Assembly (NCBI RefSeq): GCF_030013595.1
Contig: NZ_CP122768.1
From: Escherichia coli
Lineage (GTDB): Bacteria; Pseudomonadota; Gammaproteobacteria; Enterobacterales; Enterobacteriaceae
DNA length: 64,000 nucleotides
Direction: 5' to 3' (one strand)
Of this stretch, positions 33,231 to 43,389 are shown piece by piece. Each line of letters begins with the position of its first letter. Positions within the stretch are counted from its first letter, which is position 1. Position numbers and translations under genes: made by a program. The notes under the pieces are model-generated. The model was not told where the DNA came from. It searched no databases and worked only from the letters and a program-made list of their open reading frames with translations.

Positions 33231-34690
33231 TGAAAAAATTACTGCGTCTTTTTTTCCCGCTCTCGCTGCGGGTACGTTTTCTGTTAGCAACGGCAGCAGT
33301 AGTATTGGTGCTTTCGCTTGCCTACGGAATGGTTGCGCTGATCGGTTATAGCGTCAGTTTCGATAAAACCACGTTTCGGCTGTTACGTGGCGAGAGCAAT
33401 CTGTTCTATACCCTTGCGAAGTGGGAAAACAATAAGTTGCATGTCGAGTTACCCGAAAATATCGACAAGCAAAGCCCCACTATGACGCTAATTTATGATG
33501 AGAACGGGCAGCTTTTATGGGCGCAACGTGACGTGCCCTGGCTGATGAAGATGATCCAGCCTGACTGGCTGAAATCGAATGGTTTTCATGAAATTGAAGC
33601 GGATGTTAACGATACCAGCCTCTTGCTGAGTGGAGATCATTCGATACAGCAACAGTTGCAGGAAGTGCGGGAAGATGATGACGACGCGGAGATGACCCAC
33701 TCGGTGGCGGTAAACGTCTACCCGGCAACATCGCGGATGCCAAAGTTGACCATTGTGGTGGTGGATACCATTCCGGTGGAGCTAAAAAGTTCCTATATGG
33801 TCTGGAGCTGGTTTATCTATGTGCTCTCAGCCAATCTGCTGTTAGTGATCCCGCTGCTGTGGGTCGCCGCCTGGTGGAGTTTACGCCCCATCGAAGCCCT
33901 GGCAAAAGAAGTCCGCGAACTGGAAGAACATAACCGCGAATTGCTCAATCCAGCCACAACGCGAGAACTGACCAGTCTGGTACGAAACCTGAACCGATTG
34001 TTAAAAAGTGAACGCGAACGTTACGACAAATATCGTACGACGCTCACCGACCTGACCCATAGTCTGAAAACGCCACTGGCGGTGCTGCAAAGTACGCTGC
34101 GTTCTCTGCGTAGTGAGAAGATGAGCGTCAGTGATGCTGAACCGGTAATGCTGGAGCAAATCAGCCGCATTTCACAGCAAATTGGCTACTACCTGCATCG
34201 TGCCAGTATGCGCGGCGGGACATTGCTCAGCCGCGAGCTGCATCCGGTCGCCCCACTGCTGGACAATCTCACCTCGGCGCTGAACAAAGTGTATCAACGC
34301 AAAGGGGTCAATATCTCTCTCGATATTTCGCCAGAGATCAGCTTTGTCGGTGAGCAGAACGATTTTGTCGAGGTGATAGGCAACGTGCTGGATAATGCCT
34401 GTAAATATTGCCTCGAGTTTGTCGAAATATCTGCAAGGCAAACAGACGAGCATCTCTATATTGTGGTCGAGGATGATGGCCCCGGTATTCCATTAAGCAA
34501 GCGAGAGGTCATTTTCGACCGTGGTCAACGGGTTGATACTTTACGCCCTGGGCAAGGTGTAGGGCTGGCGGTAGCCCGCGAAATCACCGAGCAATATGAG
34601 GGTAAAATCGTCGCCGGAGAGAGCATGCTGGGCGGTGCGCGGATGGAGGTGATTTTTGGTCGCCAGCATTCTGCGCCGAAAGATGAATAA
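33230..34690 (+). CDS. phoQ: sensor kinase PhoQ
   Basis: 486-aa match; ATGA overlap with phoP. Confidence 0.98.
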   Translation: MKKLLRLFFPLSLRVRFLLATAAVVLVLSLAYGMVALIGYSVSFDKTTFRLLRGESNLFYTLAKWENNKLHVELPENIDKQSPTMTLIYDENGQLLWAQRDVPWLMKMIQPDWLKSNGFHEIEADVNDTSLLLSGDHSIQQQLQEVREDDDDAEMTHSVAVNVYPATSRMPKLTIVVVDTIPVELKSSYMVWSWFIYVLSANLLLVIPLLWVAAWWSLRPIEALAKEVRELEEHNRELLNPATTRELTSLVRNLNRLLKSERERYDKYRTTLTDLTHSLKTPLAVLQSTLRSLRSEKMSVSDAEPVMLEQISRISQQIGYYLHRASMRGGTLLSRELHPVAPLLDNLTSALNKVYQRKGVNISLDISPEISFVGEQNDFVEVIGNVLDNACKYCLEFVEISARQTDEHLYIVVEDDGPGIPLSKREVIFDRGQRVDTLRPGQGVGLAVAREITEQYEGKIVAGESMLGGARMEVIFGRQHSAPKDE

Positions 34691-34765
34691 ATATGTCCAT
34701 ACTTCACGCATTACGTTAAGCATCCGTTATAATCGGTTGCAGATACCAGCCTGTGGATGCTTAAC

Positions 34766-35887
34766 ATGGAATACCAACTCACTCTTAACTGGCCCGATTT
34801 TCTTGAACGTCACTGGCAGAAACGCCCGGTGGTGTTAAAACGCGGCTTTAATAATTTTATTGACCCAATCTCTCCAGACGAGTTGGCGGGTCTGGCGATG
34901 GAAAGCGAAGTCGACAGTCGACTGGTCAGTCATCAGGATGACAAATGGCAGGTCAGCCACGGTCCATTCGAAAGCTACGATCATCTCGGTGAAACTAACT
35001 GGTCATTGTTAGTGCAAGCAGTGAACCACTGGCATGAGCCGACCGCCGCGCTGATGCGACCGTTCCGTGAACTACCGGACTGGCGTATTGATGATCTGAT
35101 GATCTCTTTTTCCGTACCTGGCGGCGGCGTCGGCCCGCATCTCGATCAGTACGACGTGTTTATCATTCAGGGTACCGGACGTCGTCGCTGGCGAGTGGGC
35201 GAAAAGCTGCAAATGAAACAGCACTGCCCGCACCCGGATCTGTTACAGGTTGATCCGTTCGAAGCCATCATTGATGAAGAACTGGAGCCAGGCGATATTC
35301 TTTATATTCCGCCAGGATTCCCCCATGAAGGCTACGCGCTGGAAAATGCGATGAACTATTCCGTCGGTTTTCGCGCACCAAATACGCGGGAACTGATTAG
35401 CGGATTTGCCGATTATGTGCTGCAACGTGAACTGGGCGGCAACTACTACAGCGATCCGGATGTCCCACCTCGCGCTCATCCTGCGGACGTTCTACCGCAA
35501 GAAATGGATAAACTGCGTGAGATGATGCTTGAATTGATCAACCAGCCGGAACACTTTAAACAGTGGTTTGGCGAGTTTATATCCCAGTCACGTCATGAAC
35601 TGGATATCGCGCCACCAGAGCCGCCTTATCAGCCGGATGAAATCTACGATGCGCTAAAACAAGGTGATGTGCTGGTGCGCCTGGGTGGTCTGCGCGTATT
35701 GCGCATTGGCGACGACGTGTATGCCAATGGTGAGAAGATCGATTCCCCGCACCGTCCGGCACTGGATGCGCTCGCCAGCAACATTGCGCTGACCGCGGAG
35801 AATTTTGGTGATGCATTGGAAGATCCGTCATTCCTCGCGATGCTCGCAGCGCTGGTCAATAGCGGGTATTGGTTCTTCGAAGGGTAA
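34766..35887 (+). CDS. roxA: ribosomal protein uL16 arginine hydroxylase (YcfD)
   Basis: MEYQLTLNWPDFLERHWQKRPVVLKRG... Confidence 0.93.
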   Translation: MEYQLTLNWPDFLERHWQKRPVVLKRGFNNFIDPISPDELAGLAMESEVDSRLVSHQDDKWQVSHGPFESYDHLGETNWSLLVQAVNHWHEPTAALMRPFRELPDWRIDDLMISFSVPGGGVGPHLDQYDVFIIQGTGRRRWRVGEKLQMKQHCPHPDLLQVDPFEAIIDEELEPGDILYIPPGFPHEGYALENAMNYSVGFRAPNTRELISGFADYVLQRELGGNYYSDPDVPPRAHPADVLPQEMDKLREMMLELINQPEHFKQWFGEFISQSRHELDIAPPEPPYQPDEIYDALKQGDVLVRLGGLRVLRIGDDVYANGEKIDSPHRPALDALASNIALTAENFGDALEDPSFLAMLAALVNSGYWFFEG

Positions 35888-35902
35888 GTTTGGATTTAAG
35901 CC

Positions 35903-35934
35903 GGATGCGGCATCACATGCCGCATCCCTTTTCG
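35903..35934. terminator. bidirectional terminator between roxA and pepT
   Basis: GGATGCGGCAT-cac-ATGCCGCATCC followed by CTTTTCGC. Confidence 0.7.
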
Positions 35935-35935
35935 C

Positions 35936-37162
35936 TTACTTCCGTTGCGCCGTCAACTCGGCAATACGGACGATCACCTGCACCGCTTTTTCCATACCTT
36001 CCAGAGTCACAAACTCATGCTTACCATGATAGTTGTAACCGCCAGTGAACAGGTTCGGGCACGGTAATCCCATAAACGACAACTGCGCGCCGTCGGTACC
36101 GCCGCGGATCGGTTTCAGTTCCGGTTCAATATCGCAGTCACGCATCGCCTGCTGGGCGATATCGAGAATATGCGGATGCTCAACCACTTTCTCGCGCATA
36201 TTGTAGTAACTGTCTTCAATCACCAGTTCAATGTAGCAATCAGGGTGTAACCCTTTGCCCACTTTTTTGGCGATCTCCATCATTTTGCGTTTACGCGCTT
36301 CAAACTGCTTACGATCAAAATCACGAATGATGTAGTGCATATCGGCCCGTTCAACGGTGCCTTTCATGCTCGCCAGGTGATAGAAACCTTCATAGCCTTC
36401 TGTCATTTCCGGGCTTTCATTTGCCGGAACTTCCGCATGAATACGTGCCGCCAGCGAAAGCGCATTTACCATCACTCCTTTCGCCGTGCCCGGGTGAACA
36501 TTGTTACCGACAATTTTGATATTGACCGACGCGGCGTTGAAGTTTTCAAACTCCAGTTCGCCTACGCCACCACCATCAACGGTGTAAGCCCAGCGGGCAT
36601 CGAAGGCGTCAACATCAAAATGTTTCGCCCCTTTGCCCACTTCTTCATCCGGGGTAAAGGCGACGCGAATATCACCATGCGGAATGTTTTTTTGTTGTAA
36701 TACCGCCAGCGCGGTCATGATTTCTGCAATACCTGCTTTGTCATCGGCACCTAACAAGGTTTTACCATCGGTGGTAATCAGCGTCTGACCCAGTAGCTGA
36801 TGCAGCACCGGGAACATAACCGGTGATAAAACTTCATCGCCGATACCCAGCGCAATATCGCCACCGCGATAGTTTTCAACAATTTGCGGATTCACATTTT
36901 TGCCGCTGCAATCCGGTGAGGTATCCACATGAGAAATAAAGCCAATCGCCGGGATATCGCCAGGGACGTTAGCCGGTAACGTCGCCATCAAAGTGCCCTT
37001 CTCACTTAAGGTCACATTGATAAGCCCCATCTCTTCGAGCTGCTCTTTCAGCAGATGCAATAACTTCCATTGGCCTTCCGTGCTGGGAACCTGTCTCACC
37101 CCTGCCTTTGATTGGGTATCCAGAGACACGTAGTTCAAAAATCGCTCAAGTAGTTTATCCAT
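35936..37162 (-). CDS. pepT: peptidase T
   Basis: [21 protein letters not shown]...; 408 aa from the internal ATG. Confidence 0.96.
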   Translation of the reverse strand: MDKLLERFLNYVSLDTQSKAGVRQVPSTEGQWKLLHLLKEQLEEMGLINVTLSEKGTLMATLPANVPGDIPAIGFISHVDTSPDCSGKNVNPQIVENYRGGDIALGIGDEVLSPVMFPVLHQLLGQTLITTDGKTLLGADDKAGIAEIMTALAVLQQKNIPHGDIRVAFTPDEEVGKGAKHFDVDAFDARWAYTVDGGGVGELEFENFNAASVNIKIVGNNVHPGTAKGVMVNALSLAARIHAEVPANESPEMTEGYEGFYHLASMKGTVERADMHYIIRDFDRKQFEARKRKMMEIAKKVGKGLHPDCYIELVIEDSYYNMREKVVEHPHILDIAQQAMRDCDIEPELKPIRGGTDGAQLSFMGLPCPNLFTGGYNYHGKHEFVTLEGMEKAVQVIVRIAELTAQRK

Positions 37163-37411
37163 GTAGTCACCCTCACTTTTTGTGACAACATTATTAAGAA
37201 GCAAGAAAAGACAAACATTGCGTCAGGTCACTTTTACCCCTGCAAGCGGGAATATTTATCAGCATTACCTTAATGAATATAAAGCTAAGCCAGTAATTCA
37301 CAACAAAGATTGGCGATTCAAGCGGTTTGCCGTAGAATTACCGCCCTCATTAAGAGTCACCAAGGTGGTTAACCACAAACCCCGCATCGGTAAGCCATCC
37401 GTTGCGTTTAC

Positions 37412-38548
37412 ATGGGACAGAGTAAAAAATTGAATAAACAACCGAGTTCGCTTTCACCGCTGGTGCAATTGGCGGGAATTCGCAAATGCTTTGATGGTAA
37501 AGAGGTCATTCCCCAGCTGGATCTGACTATCAACAATGGCGAGTTCCTCACGCTGCTTGGCCCTTCTGGCTGCGGTAAAACAACCGTTCTTCGCCTGATT
37601 GCAGGTCTGGAAACTGTTGATTCCGGACGCATCATGCTGGATAACGAGGACATCACCCACGTTCCGGCGGAAAACCGCTATGTGAACACTGTTTTCCAAA
37701 GCTACGCACTTTTCCCCCACATGACCGTGTTCGAAAATGTGGCCTTTGGGTTACGCATGCAAAAAACCCCCGCTGCTGAAATTACGCCCCGCGTGATGGA
37801 AGCCCTGCGGATGGTGCAGCTGGAAACCTTCGCTCAACGCAAACCGCATCAGCTCTCTGGTGGTCAACAGCAACGCGTCGCCATTGCCCGCGCGGTGGTT
37901 AACAAGCCTCGTCTGTTGTTGCTGGATGAGTCGCTCTCAGCGCTGGATTACAAACTGCGCAAGCAAATGCAGAACGAGCTGAAAGCGTTACAGCGTAAGC
38001 TTGGCATTACATTCGTCTTCGTGACTCACGACCAGGAAGAAGCACTCACCATGTCGGACAGGATTGTGGTGATGCGCGATGGTCGCATTGAGCAAGACGG
38101 CACGCCGCGTGAAATCTATGAAGAGCCGAAAAACCTGTTTGTTGCTGGGTTTATTGGCGAAATCAATATGTTTAACGCCACTGTCATCGAACGTCTAGAC
38201 GAGCAGCGCGTACGCGCCAACGTTGAAGGCCGCGAATGTAATATCTACGTTAACTTCGCCGTTGAACCGGGGCAAAAACTGCATGTTCTGCTGCGCCCGG
38301 AAGACTTACGTGTTGAAGAGATTAACGACGACAACCACGCTGAAGGGCTGATTGGTTACGTTCGCGAGCGTAACTACAAAGGCATGACGCTGGAGTCGGT
38401 TGTTGAACTGGAAAATGGCAAGATGGTGATGGTCAGCGAATTCTTCAATGAAGACGATCCTGACTTTGACCACTCTCTCGACCAAAAAATGGCCATTAAT
38501 TGGGTAGAAAGCTGGGAGGTCGTACTGGCTGATGAAGAACACAAGTAA
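37412..38548 (+). CDS. potA: spermidine/putrescine ABC transporter, ATPase subunit
   Basis: 378-aa match; Walker [10 protein letters not shown]. Confidence 0.98.
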
Positions 38549-39395
38549 GTTCCAGAATGTAGTGATTGTCACTATTGTCGGTTGGCTTGTGTTGTTTGTC
38601 TTTCTGCCCAACCTGATGATCATTGGCACCAGCTTTTTGACCCGCGACGACGCCAGTTTCGTCAAAATGGTCTTTACGCTGGATAACTACACGCGTCTGC
38701 TCGATCCGCTCTATTTTGAAGTGCTATTGCACTCGCTGAATATGGCGCTGATCGCCACCCTCGCCTGCCTGGTGCTGGGCTATCCTTTTGCCTGCTTTCT
38801 GGCGAAGCTGCCACACAAGGTGCGTCCGCTGCTGCTGTTTCTGCTGATTGTTCCGTTCTGGACCAACTCATTGATTCGTATCTACGGGCTGAAAATTTTC
38901 CTCAGCACCAAAGGCTATCTCAACGAGTTTTTGCTCTGGCTGGGCGTTATTGATACACCAATTCGCATCATGTTCACGCCCAGTGCGGTGATTATCGGTC
39001 TGGTTTACATTCTGCTACCGTTTATGGTGATGCCGCTGTACTCCAGTATCGAAAAACTGGATAAGCCGTTGCTGGAGGCGGCGCGCGATCTCGGTGCCAG
39101 CAAGTTGCAGACCTTTATCCGCATCATTATCCCACTGACGATGCCGGGAATTATTGCCGGATGTTTGCTGGTGATGCTGCCAGCGATGGGCCTGTTCTAT
39201 GTGTCCGACCTGATGGGCGGTGCGAAAAACCTGCTGATCGGTAACGTCATCAAAGTACAGTTCCTCAATATTCGTGACTGGCCGTTTGGTGCAGCCACCA
39301 GCATTACGCTGACTATCGTAATGGGCCTGATGTTGCTGGTTTACTGGCGCGCTTCTCGTTTGCTGAATAAGAAGGTGAGCGATATAGATAATTAA
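38532..39395 (+). CDS. potB: spermidine/putrescine ABC transporter permease, with the last codons replaced by prophage sequence
   Basis: Collinear with PotB up to ..RLLNKKV. It then reads SDIDN*, where K-12 has ELE* (from memory). A GTG start about 33 nt downstream is also possible. Confidence 0.9.
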
Positions 39396-39622
39396 TCCTT
39401 TATATTCAATGAAATAAGTTGGTTTTTAAAGGGTTTTATTGTTGAAGGCAACCGCGTTGTGTCTTTCACCAAAATCAATCAGTTGCGTTCTGGTTTTGGA
39501 GAATGTTTTTTGAGGCTTTTTGTTAAAGCCTGTTATGCATTGCCTCAATTAATAACCGTTTCCCCAGCCCTCCCAACCTTCAAAAGTCGGGAGGGTTCTA
39601 AACACCAGTTGCGATTGATTTA

Positions 39623-40195
39623 TTAGCCAATACCAAACGCTCGGATTGAACCCAAATCCTCCAGATTGTTCAGATCCTCTTTCATTTCACGCTGACGGCG
39701 ATAAATCTCGTCATTGCGATCGACCTGAGCCTGCGCCATTGCTGCCGCCAGCTCCTGAAGCTGTGCCATTGTCAGAGTGACAAGGTTATTTGCTGCATCC
39801 CCCCATCCCAGCGTTGACCGCGTACCTGCAACCTTTGTCGCCATTGCCACGGGCGCAATACGACTTATTGAGTCTGCACCACCATTCCAGGTACGACCGT
39901 TCCATTCGAACGTGAACGGCTGCGCCTCCTGTTCTGTGCGCCATGCTTCGATTTCCTGGCGTTTGGCGGCTTTTGCTGCTTCCAGCATTTCAGGTGATAC
40001 AGTGAACGGGGCTATATCCCCCCATTTACCGCTTTGCAGCTCCTGCCAAATTTGCTGGCCTGTTGTTGCTGTGTCTTCTGGTGTAGATGTGTAGGGGATG
40101 AAATCTTTCATCCCCTCAAATAACACTTCACAGTCAATTGCGCCATTCTCCAGCCTGCGGGCGTTTTTGATTTCTTTTATTTTTATCCCATTCAT
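39623..40195 (-). CDS. tail fibre assembly / chaperone-like protein
   Basis: Directly follows the Stf-like gene with an ATGA-type junction. Confidence 0.6.
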   Translation of the reverse strand: MNGIKIKEIKNARRLENGAIDCEVLFEGMKDFIPYTSTPEDTATTGQQIWQELQSGKWGDIAPFTVSPEMLEAAKAAKRQEIEAWRTEQEAQPFTFEWNGRTWNGGADSISRIAPVAMATKVAGTRSTLGWGDAANNLVTLTMAQLQELAAAMAQAQVDRNDEIYRRQREMKEDLNNLEDLGSIRAFGIG

Positions 40196-41598
40196 CAGGA
40201 AACTCTCACAAACAGACCGAAAATAAAATCGCTGGTCGCCTGAGTGCTGTTGCCCAGAGAGACATAGGCTCCCGAAAAGTGGCGTCCAGTATCCAGCACA
40301 TACCGTGGTGCTCCGTCATTCGACACTATAACAGCGCAGGGAATCAGAGTGCTGCCGCTTACGCTGTCACCACGTTTTATCGTATATTCATCAGTATTTG
40401 CTGCACGGTACGCGGCCTGAGTTAAGCCGCCAACTGCCACATCTCTGAATGGTACGTCGTACCACGGGCCAGCTATGTTATACAGCCATCTCGCACCATC
40501 TATCGCGGTTAAGTTTTGACTCAGGCATGTCCAGCGTATGTTCGTACTGTCCGCCCTGACCTCACAACAATACACGTCCTGATTAACCCCGTTAAAAATG
40601 ACAAACTTATCGCGCCTGTTTTGATTTTCATGCGTTGCTGTTTCCAGCATTTTTATCTCTACCTCTCCGCTAAAAACAACCCCTTCTATAATGTCCTTGG
40701 AATATGGGCCACCATATTGAACGACAAGATAGCGCCCCGGGGGAGTGGTCTGTACCCAAGAAGCAAATGTTGCTGATGTCGCGTATTTATCAAACTCCTT
40801 ACGTTGTGTGGGATACGCGCCATAACCGAAAGCTCCCGGAAGTGCCACACAACCTTCAGTTCGGTTGTAAATGTCTGTTTGTACATCCATCGTTGCAGCA
40901 CTTTTCAACCCCAGATTGTCTCGGGATTCCTGCTGAGCATCTTCCCCCTCTGCTGCAATTTCTGACAGGTGATTCGCCGTTTTCAGCGTTGCAGATAACG
41001 CAACATCAATATCATCTCTGGCCTGCTCTGCATCGGATGCGGCCTGTTTGGCGGCTTCAGCATCCTGCCTGACTTCTTCGGCGGTATCCTCAACCTGCGA
41101 GGCCAGCTGTTCAACGCGCTGCGTGTTTTCCTCCACAGCATTTGTATTCTGCTGAACATTATCTGCCAGCGTTTCAACCTGCTCTTTTATCAGAGCTGCC
41201 GCTTCAGCATGTTGCCCTGCCTGTCGTTCGCTTTCCGCTGCCGCTTCCGCGCTCTGCTGCGCCTGCACCACCAGTTCTTCGAACCGCTTAACAACATCTG
41301 GCTTCAGGTCGCCTTCATCGAGAGCGGTCAGGAAGTCGTTCAGCGTGCCGTGCTTTGAATCGTCGTAAACCGAAATATCACCGACACAATATTCTCTTTC
41401 AATACATGACCGAAGATAAACGTCATATCTTCCGGTCTGAGCCTCAAATGCATATTCTCCTGCCGGCCCCGTCACCACTGTTGCCACCGTTCTCATGACC
41501 ACTGCGGATGTATTCTGTCGGGCTTTCAGAATAATATGGTATCCGGACATGGGGAGTCCCGCACCATCCGTCAGCACACCCGAAATTAATACAGACAT
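40195..41598 (-). CDS. lambda Stf-type side tail fibre with a distinct C-terminal domain
   Basis: The N-terminal ~95 aa are collinear with lambda Stf (ISGVLTDGAG.P....I.LKARQNTS.VV..TV...AGEY......G.YDV.L......G.I.VYDDS.HGTLNDFL). An Ala/Glu/Gln coiled region follows. Confidence 0.75.
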   Translation of the reverse strand: MSVLISGVLTDGAGLPMSGYHIILKARQNTSAVVMRTVATVVTGPAGEYAFEAQTGRYDVYLRSCIEREYCVGDISVYDDSKHGTLNDFLTALDEGDLKPDVVKRFEELVVQAQQSAEAAAESERQAGQHAEAAALIKEQVETLADNVQQNTNAVEENTQRVEQLASQVEDTAEEVRQDAEAAKQAASDAEQARDDIDVALSATLKTANHLSEIAAEGEDAQQESRDNLGLKSAATMDVQTDIYNRTEGCVALPGAFGYGAYPTQRKEFDKYATSATFASWVQTTPPGRYLVVQYGGPYSKDIIEGVVFSGEVEIKMLETATHENQNRRDKFVIFNGVNQDVYCCEVRADSTNIRWTCLSQNLTAIDGARWLYNIAGPWYDVPFRDVAVGGLTQAAYRAANTDEYTIKRGDSVSGSTLIPCAVIVSNDGAPRYVLDTGRHFSGAYVSLGNSTQATSDFIFGLFVRVS

Positions 41599-41622
41599 GT
41601 TTATTTCCTGATTCAGAAAACA

Positions 41623-42711
41623 TTAACCAAAATAATTGACGCCTTTTTTCTTGCCACTGGCTTTCCCCTTTGCAGAAATATCCGTGGTCAGTGACAGATT
41701 CAGCGTAAATCCCTGTCCCGGTACCAGTGAAAACTCCACAGACTCAGCCTGCCAGTGATGGTCCTCACGCACACCAAATCCCTGCGTGACAAAACGCATC
41801 TCCGCCCCTGCTTTCAGCAGTTCCGGCCTGCAGGGCAACGTTATCGTCATCTGGCGTCCGACTTTCTGCACACGTTTAACCTTCGACTCTGCACAGTGTT
41901 TTGCGGTGCCCTGGTCAGGCTGGGTAAACGGATGCCGCTTATCTGTTGACTCCACGTCAACTTTAACTTCACGTGTGCGTCCGTCACGGGCATCAAAATA
42001 CCGGACCCCAACTTTCCCGCTCTTTTTATCCCCCTTCGCACCACCCGCAGCGCCCTGTCGCTCACCTTCACGATAATCCCAGTCTGATACCATACCCGGT
42101 GTAATGGTTATCTCAGGCGCATTTCTGCCCCCCGTACTCTGTGATGCCCCGTATTCCAGAAATAACCAGTAGCCATTGGTCGGTTTACTGGTGGCGCCGT
42201 ACATACCTGCAATGCGGGACAAGAGGGCAGCATCAGATTCTGATGACTGCATCACCCACGGGATATGAATATCAGCAAGCACCGATGAGACGCGCGCCAC
42301 CAGATTATTTTCAGTGGCGATGGTGTTCACCAGGTCGCCCAGTGTGATATCGCTGAAAGCCCGGGTTTTCAGTGCGGTCACGTCTGCGCCATGTTTTGAC
42401 GCATTCATGGGGGCTGCGGTGGCATAAATGGTGAGCCGGCGGGGAGGACCACCGCTTGCCACCTGACAGACGGTAAAACTGCCTTTATTGACCAGATTTC
42501 CGTTGAACCCCAGTCCCAGCGTTAGCACCGCGCCTTTCGGTGGTAACGCCAGCGTCTCGCTGAACAGCGTTATCATCAGTTCATCGGACCGCTTTGTGGC
42601 TGCACCATTATCGGTATATCGCAGTTCAGCCAGCCCCCGTTTCAGGGCCTTCGTGATATCCTGGCCTTCCGCTGTCAGGCTGAAATCCGGCTGATATTCA
42701 TTCAGTCCCAT
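41623..42711 (-). CDS. P2 gpD-like late control/tail protein
   Basis: 362 aa; synteny after gpU/gpX. Confidence 0.85.
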   Translation of the reverse strand: MGLNEYQPDFSLTAEGQDITKALKRGLAELRYTDNGAATKRSDELMITLFSETLALPPKGAVLTLGLGFNGNLVNKGSFTVCQVASGGPPRRLTIYATAAPMNASKHGADVTALKTRAFSDITLGDLVNTIATENNLVARVSSVLADIHIPWVMQSSESDAALLSRIAGMYGATSKPTNGYWLFLEYGASQSTGGRNAPEITITPGMVSDWDYREGERQGAAGGAKGDKKSGKVGVRYFDARDGRTREVKVDVESTDKRHPFTQPDQGTAKHCAESKVKRVQKVGRQMTITLPCRPELLKAGAEMRFVTQGFGVREDHHWQAESVEFSLVPGQGFTLNLSLTTDISAKGKASGKKKGVNYFG

Positions 42712-42920
42712 AACTGAAACGTCTCCTTCACTTCCGGTTCATATACCCAGTCCGGCAACACGATTTCCACTCCCGACGGATAGACCGGACCAAGGTCAGC
42801 CAGCCCGGGATTGGCTTCCAGTACCGCCGCCAGTGACTGGTTAAGCCCGGCACTGCCATAGTGTCTCTGACAGATGTCATCCAGCATATCGCCGTCAGTG
42901 GTCCGCCAGTTTTTCGCCAT
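42702..42920 (-). CDS. P2 gpX-like tail protein (LysM-like)
   Basis: 72 aa, ..GDMLDDICQRHYG....L..VLEANPGLA. Confidence 0.8.
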   Translation of the reverse strand: MAKNWRTTDGDMLDDICQRHYGSAGLNQSLAAVLEANPGLADLGPVYPSGVEIVLPDWVYEPEVKETFQLWD

Positions 42921-43389
42921 AGTATTTCAGCTCCAGTGTGAACGTTTTGTTCTTTGGCGCCCCGCCGGGAAGAAAGGACGTGGTGTTATCTGAATAGGCG
43001 GTTGCCACGAAATACCCCATCACATCGCCTGTACTTGAGACCAGTAACTGCGGGGCCGGATTGTCATCCACCATCTGAACCAGCGTATCAAGGGCATCCA
43101 TTCCCACACCGTCACGAAATCCCGCATGCACCATGCCTTCAAGGGTTATTGTTCTGGCCCCCTTACCGGTATACTGCAGCAGGTCGTTTTTTCCGATAAG
43201 CTGCTGTTCATCCCATCGCCATTCCATAGTGCGCTTCATGGCGTTATAGGCTGCCGTATCAATACTGAATTCAAACTCACCAAACGACAGCATGACGCGG
43301 GAGGCGACATCCGTTAATGAACCCACCGCATCCCATGCTTCACGTTCAAGCCGGTTTACGCCCCAGCCCAGCAAATCCACCATGTTCAC
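42895..43389 (-). CDS. P2 gpU-like tail protein
   Basis: Synteny; start uncertain. Confidence 0.75.
   Translation of the reverse strand: MNMVDLLGWGVNRLEREAWDAVGSLTDVASRVMLSFGEFEFSIDTAAYNAMKRTMEWRWDEQQLIGKNDLLQYTGKGARTITLEGMVHAGFRDGVGMDALDTLVQMVDDNPAPQLLVSSTGDVMGYFVATAYSDNTTSFLPGGAPKNKTFTLELKYYGEKLADH

Noticed and set aside
37163-37411. TGTGA-containing sequence upstream of pepT, considered as a CRP/FNR site of the pepT-potA divergent promoter region.
   Set aside because: Only one half-site matches (TGTGAcaacatTATTA), and I cannot recall the mapped site well enough to assert it.
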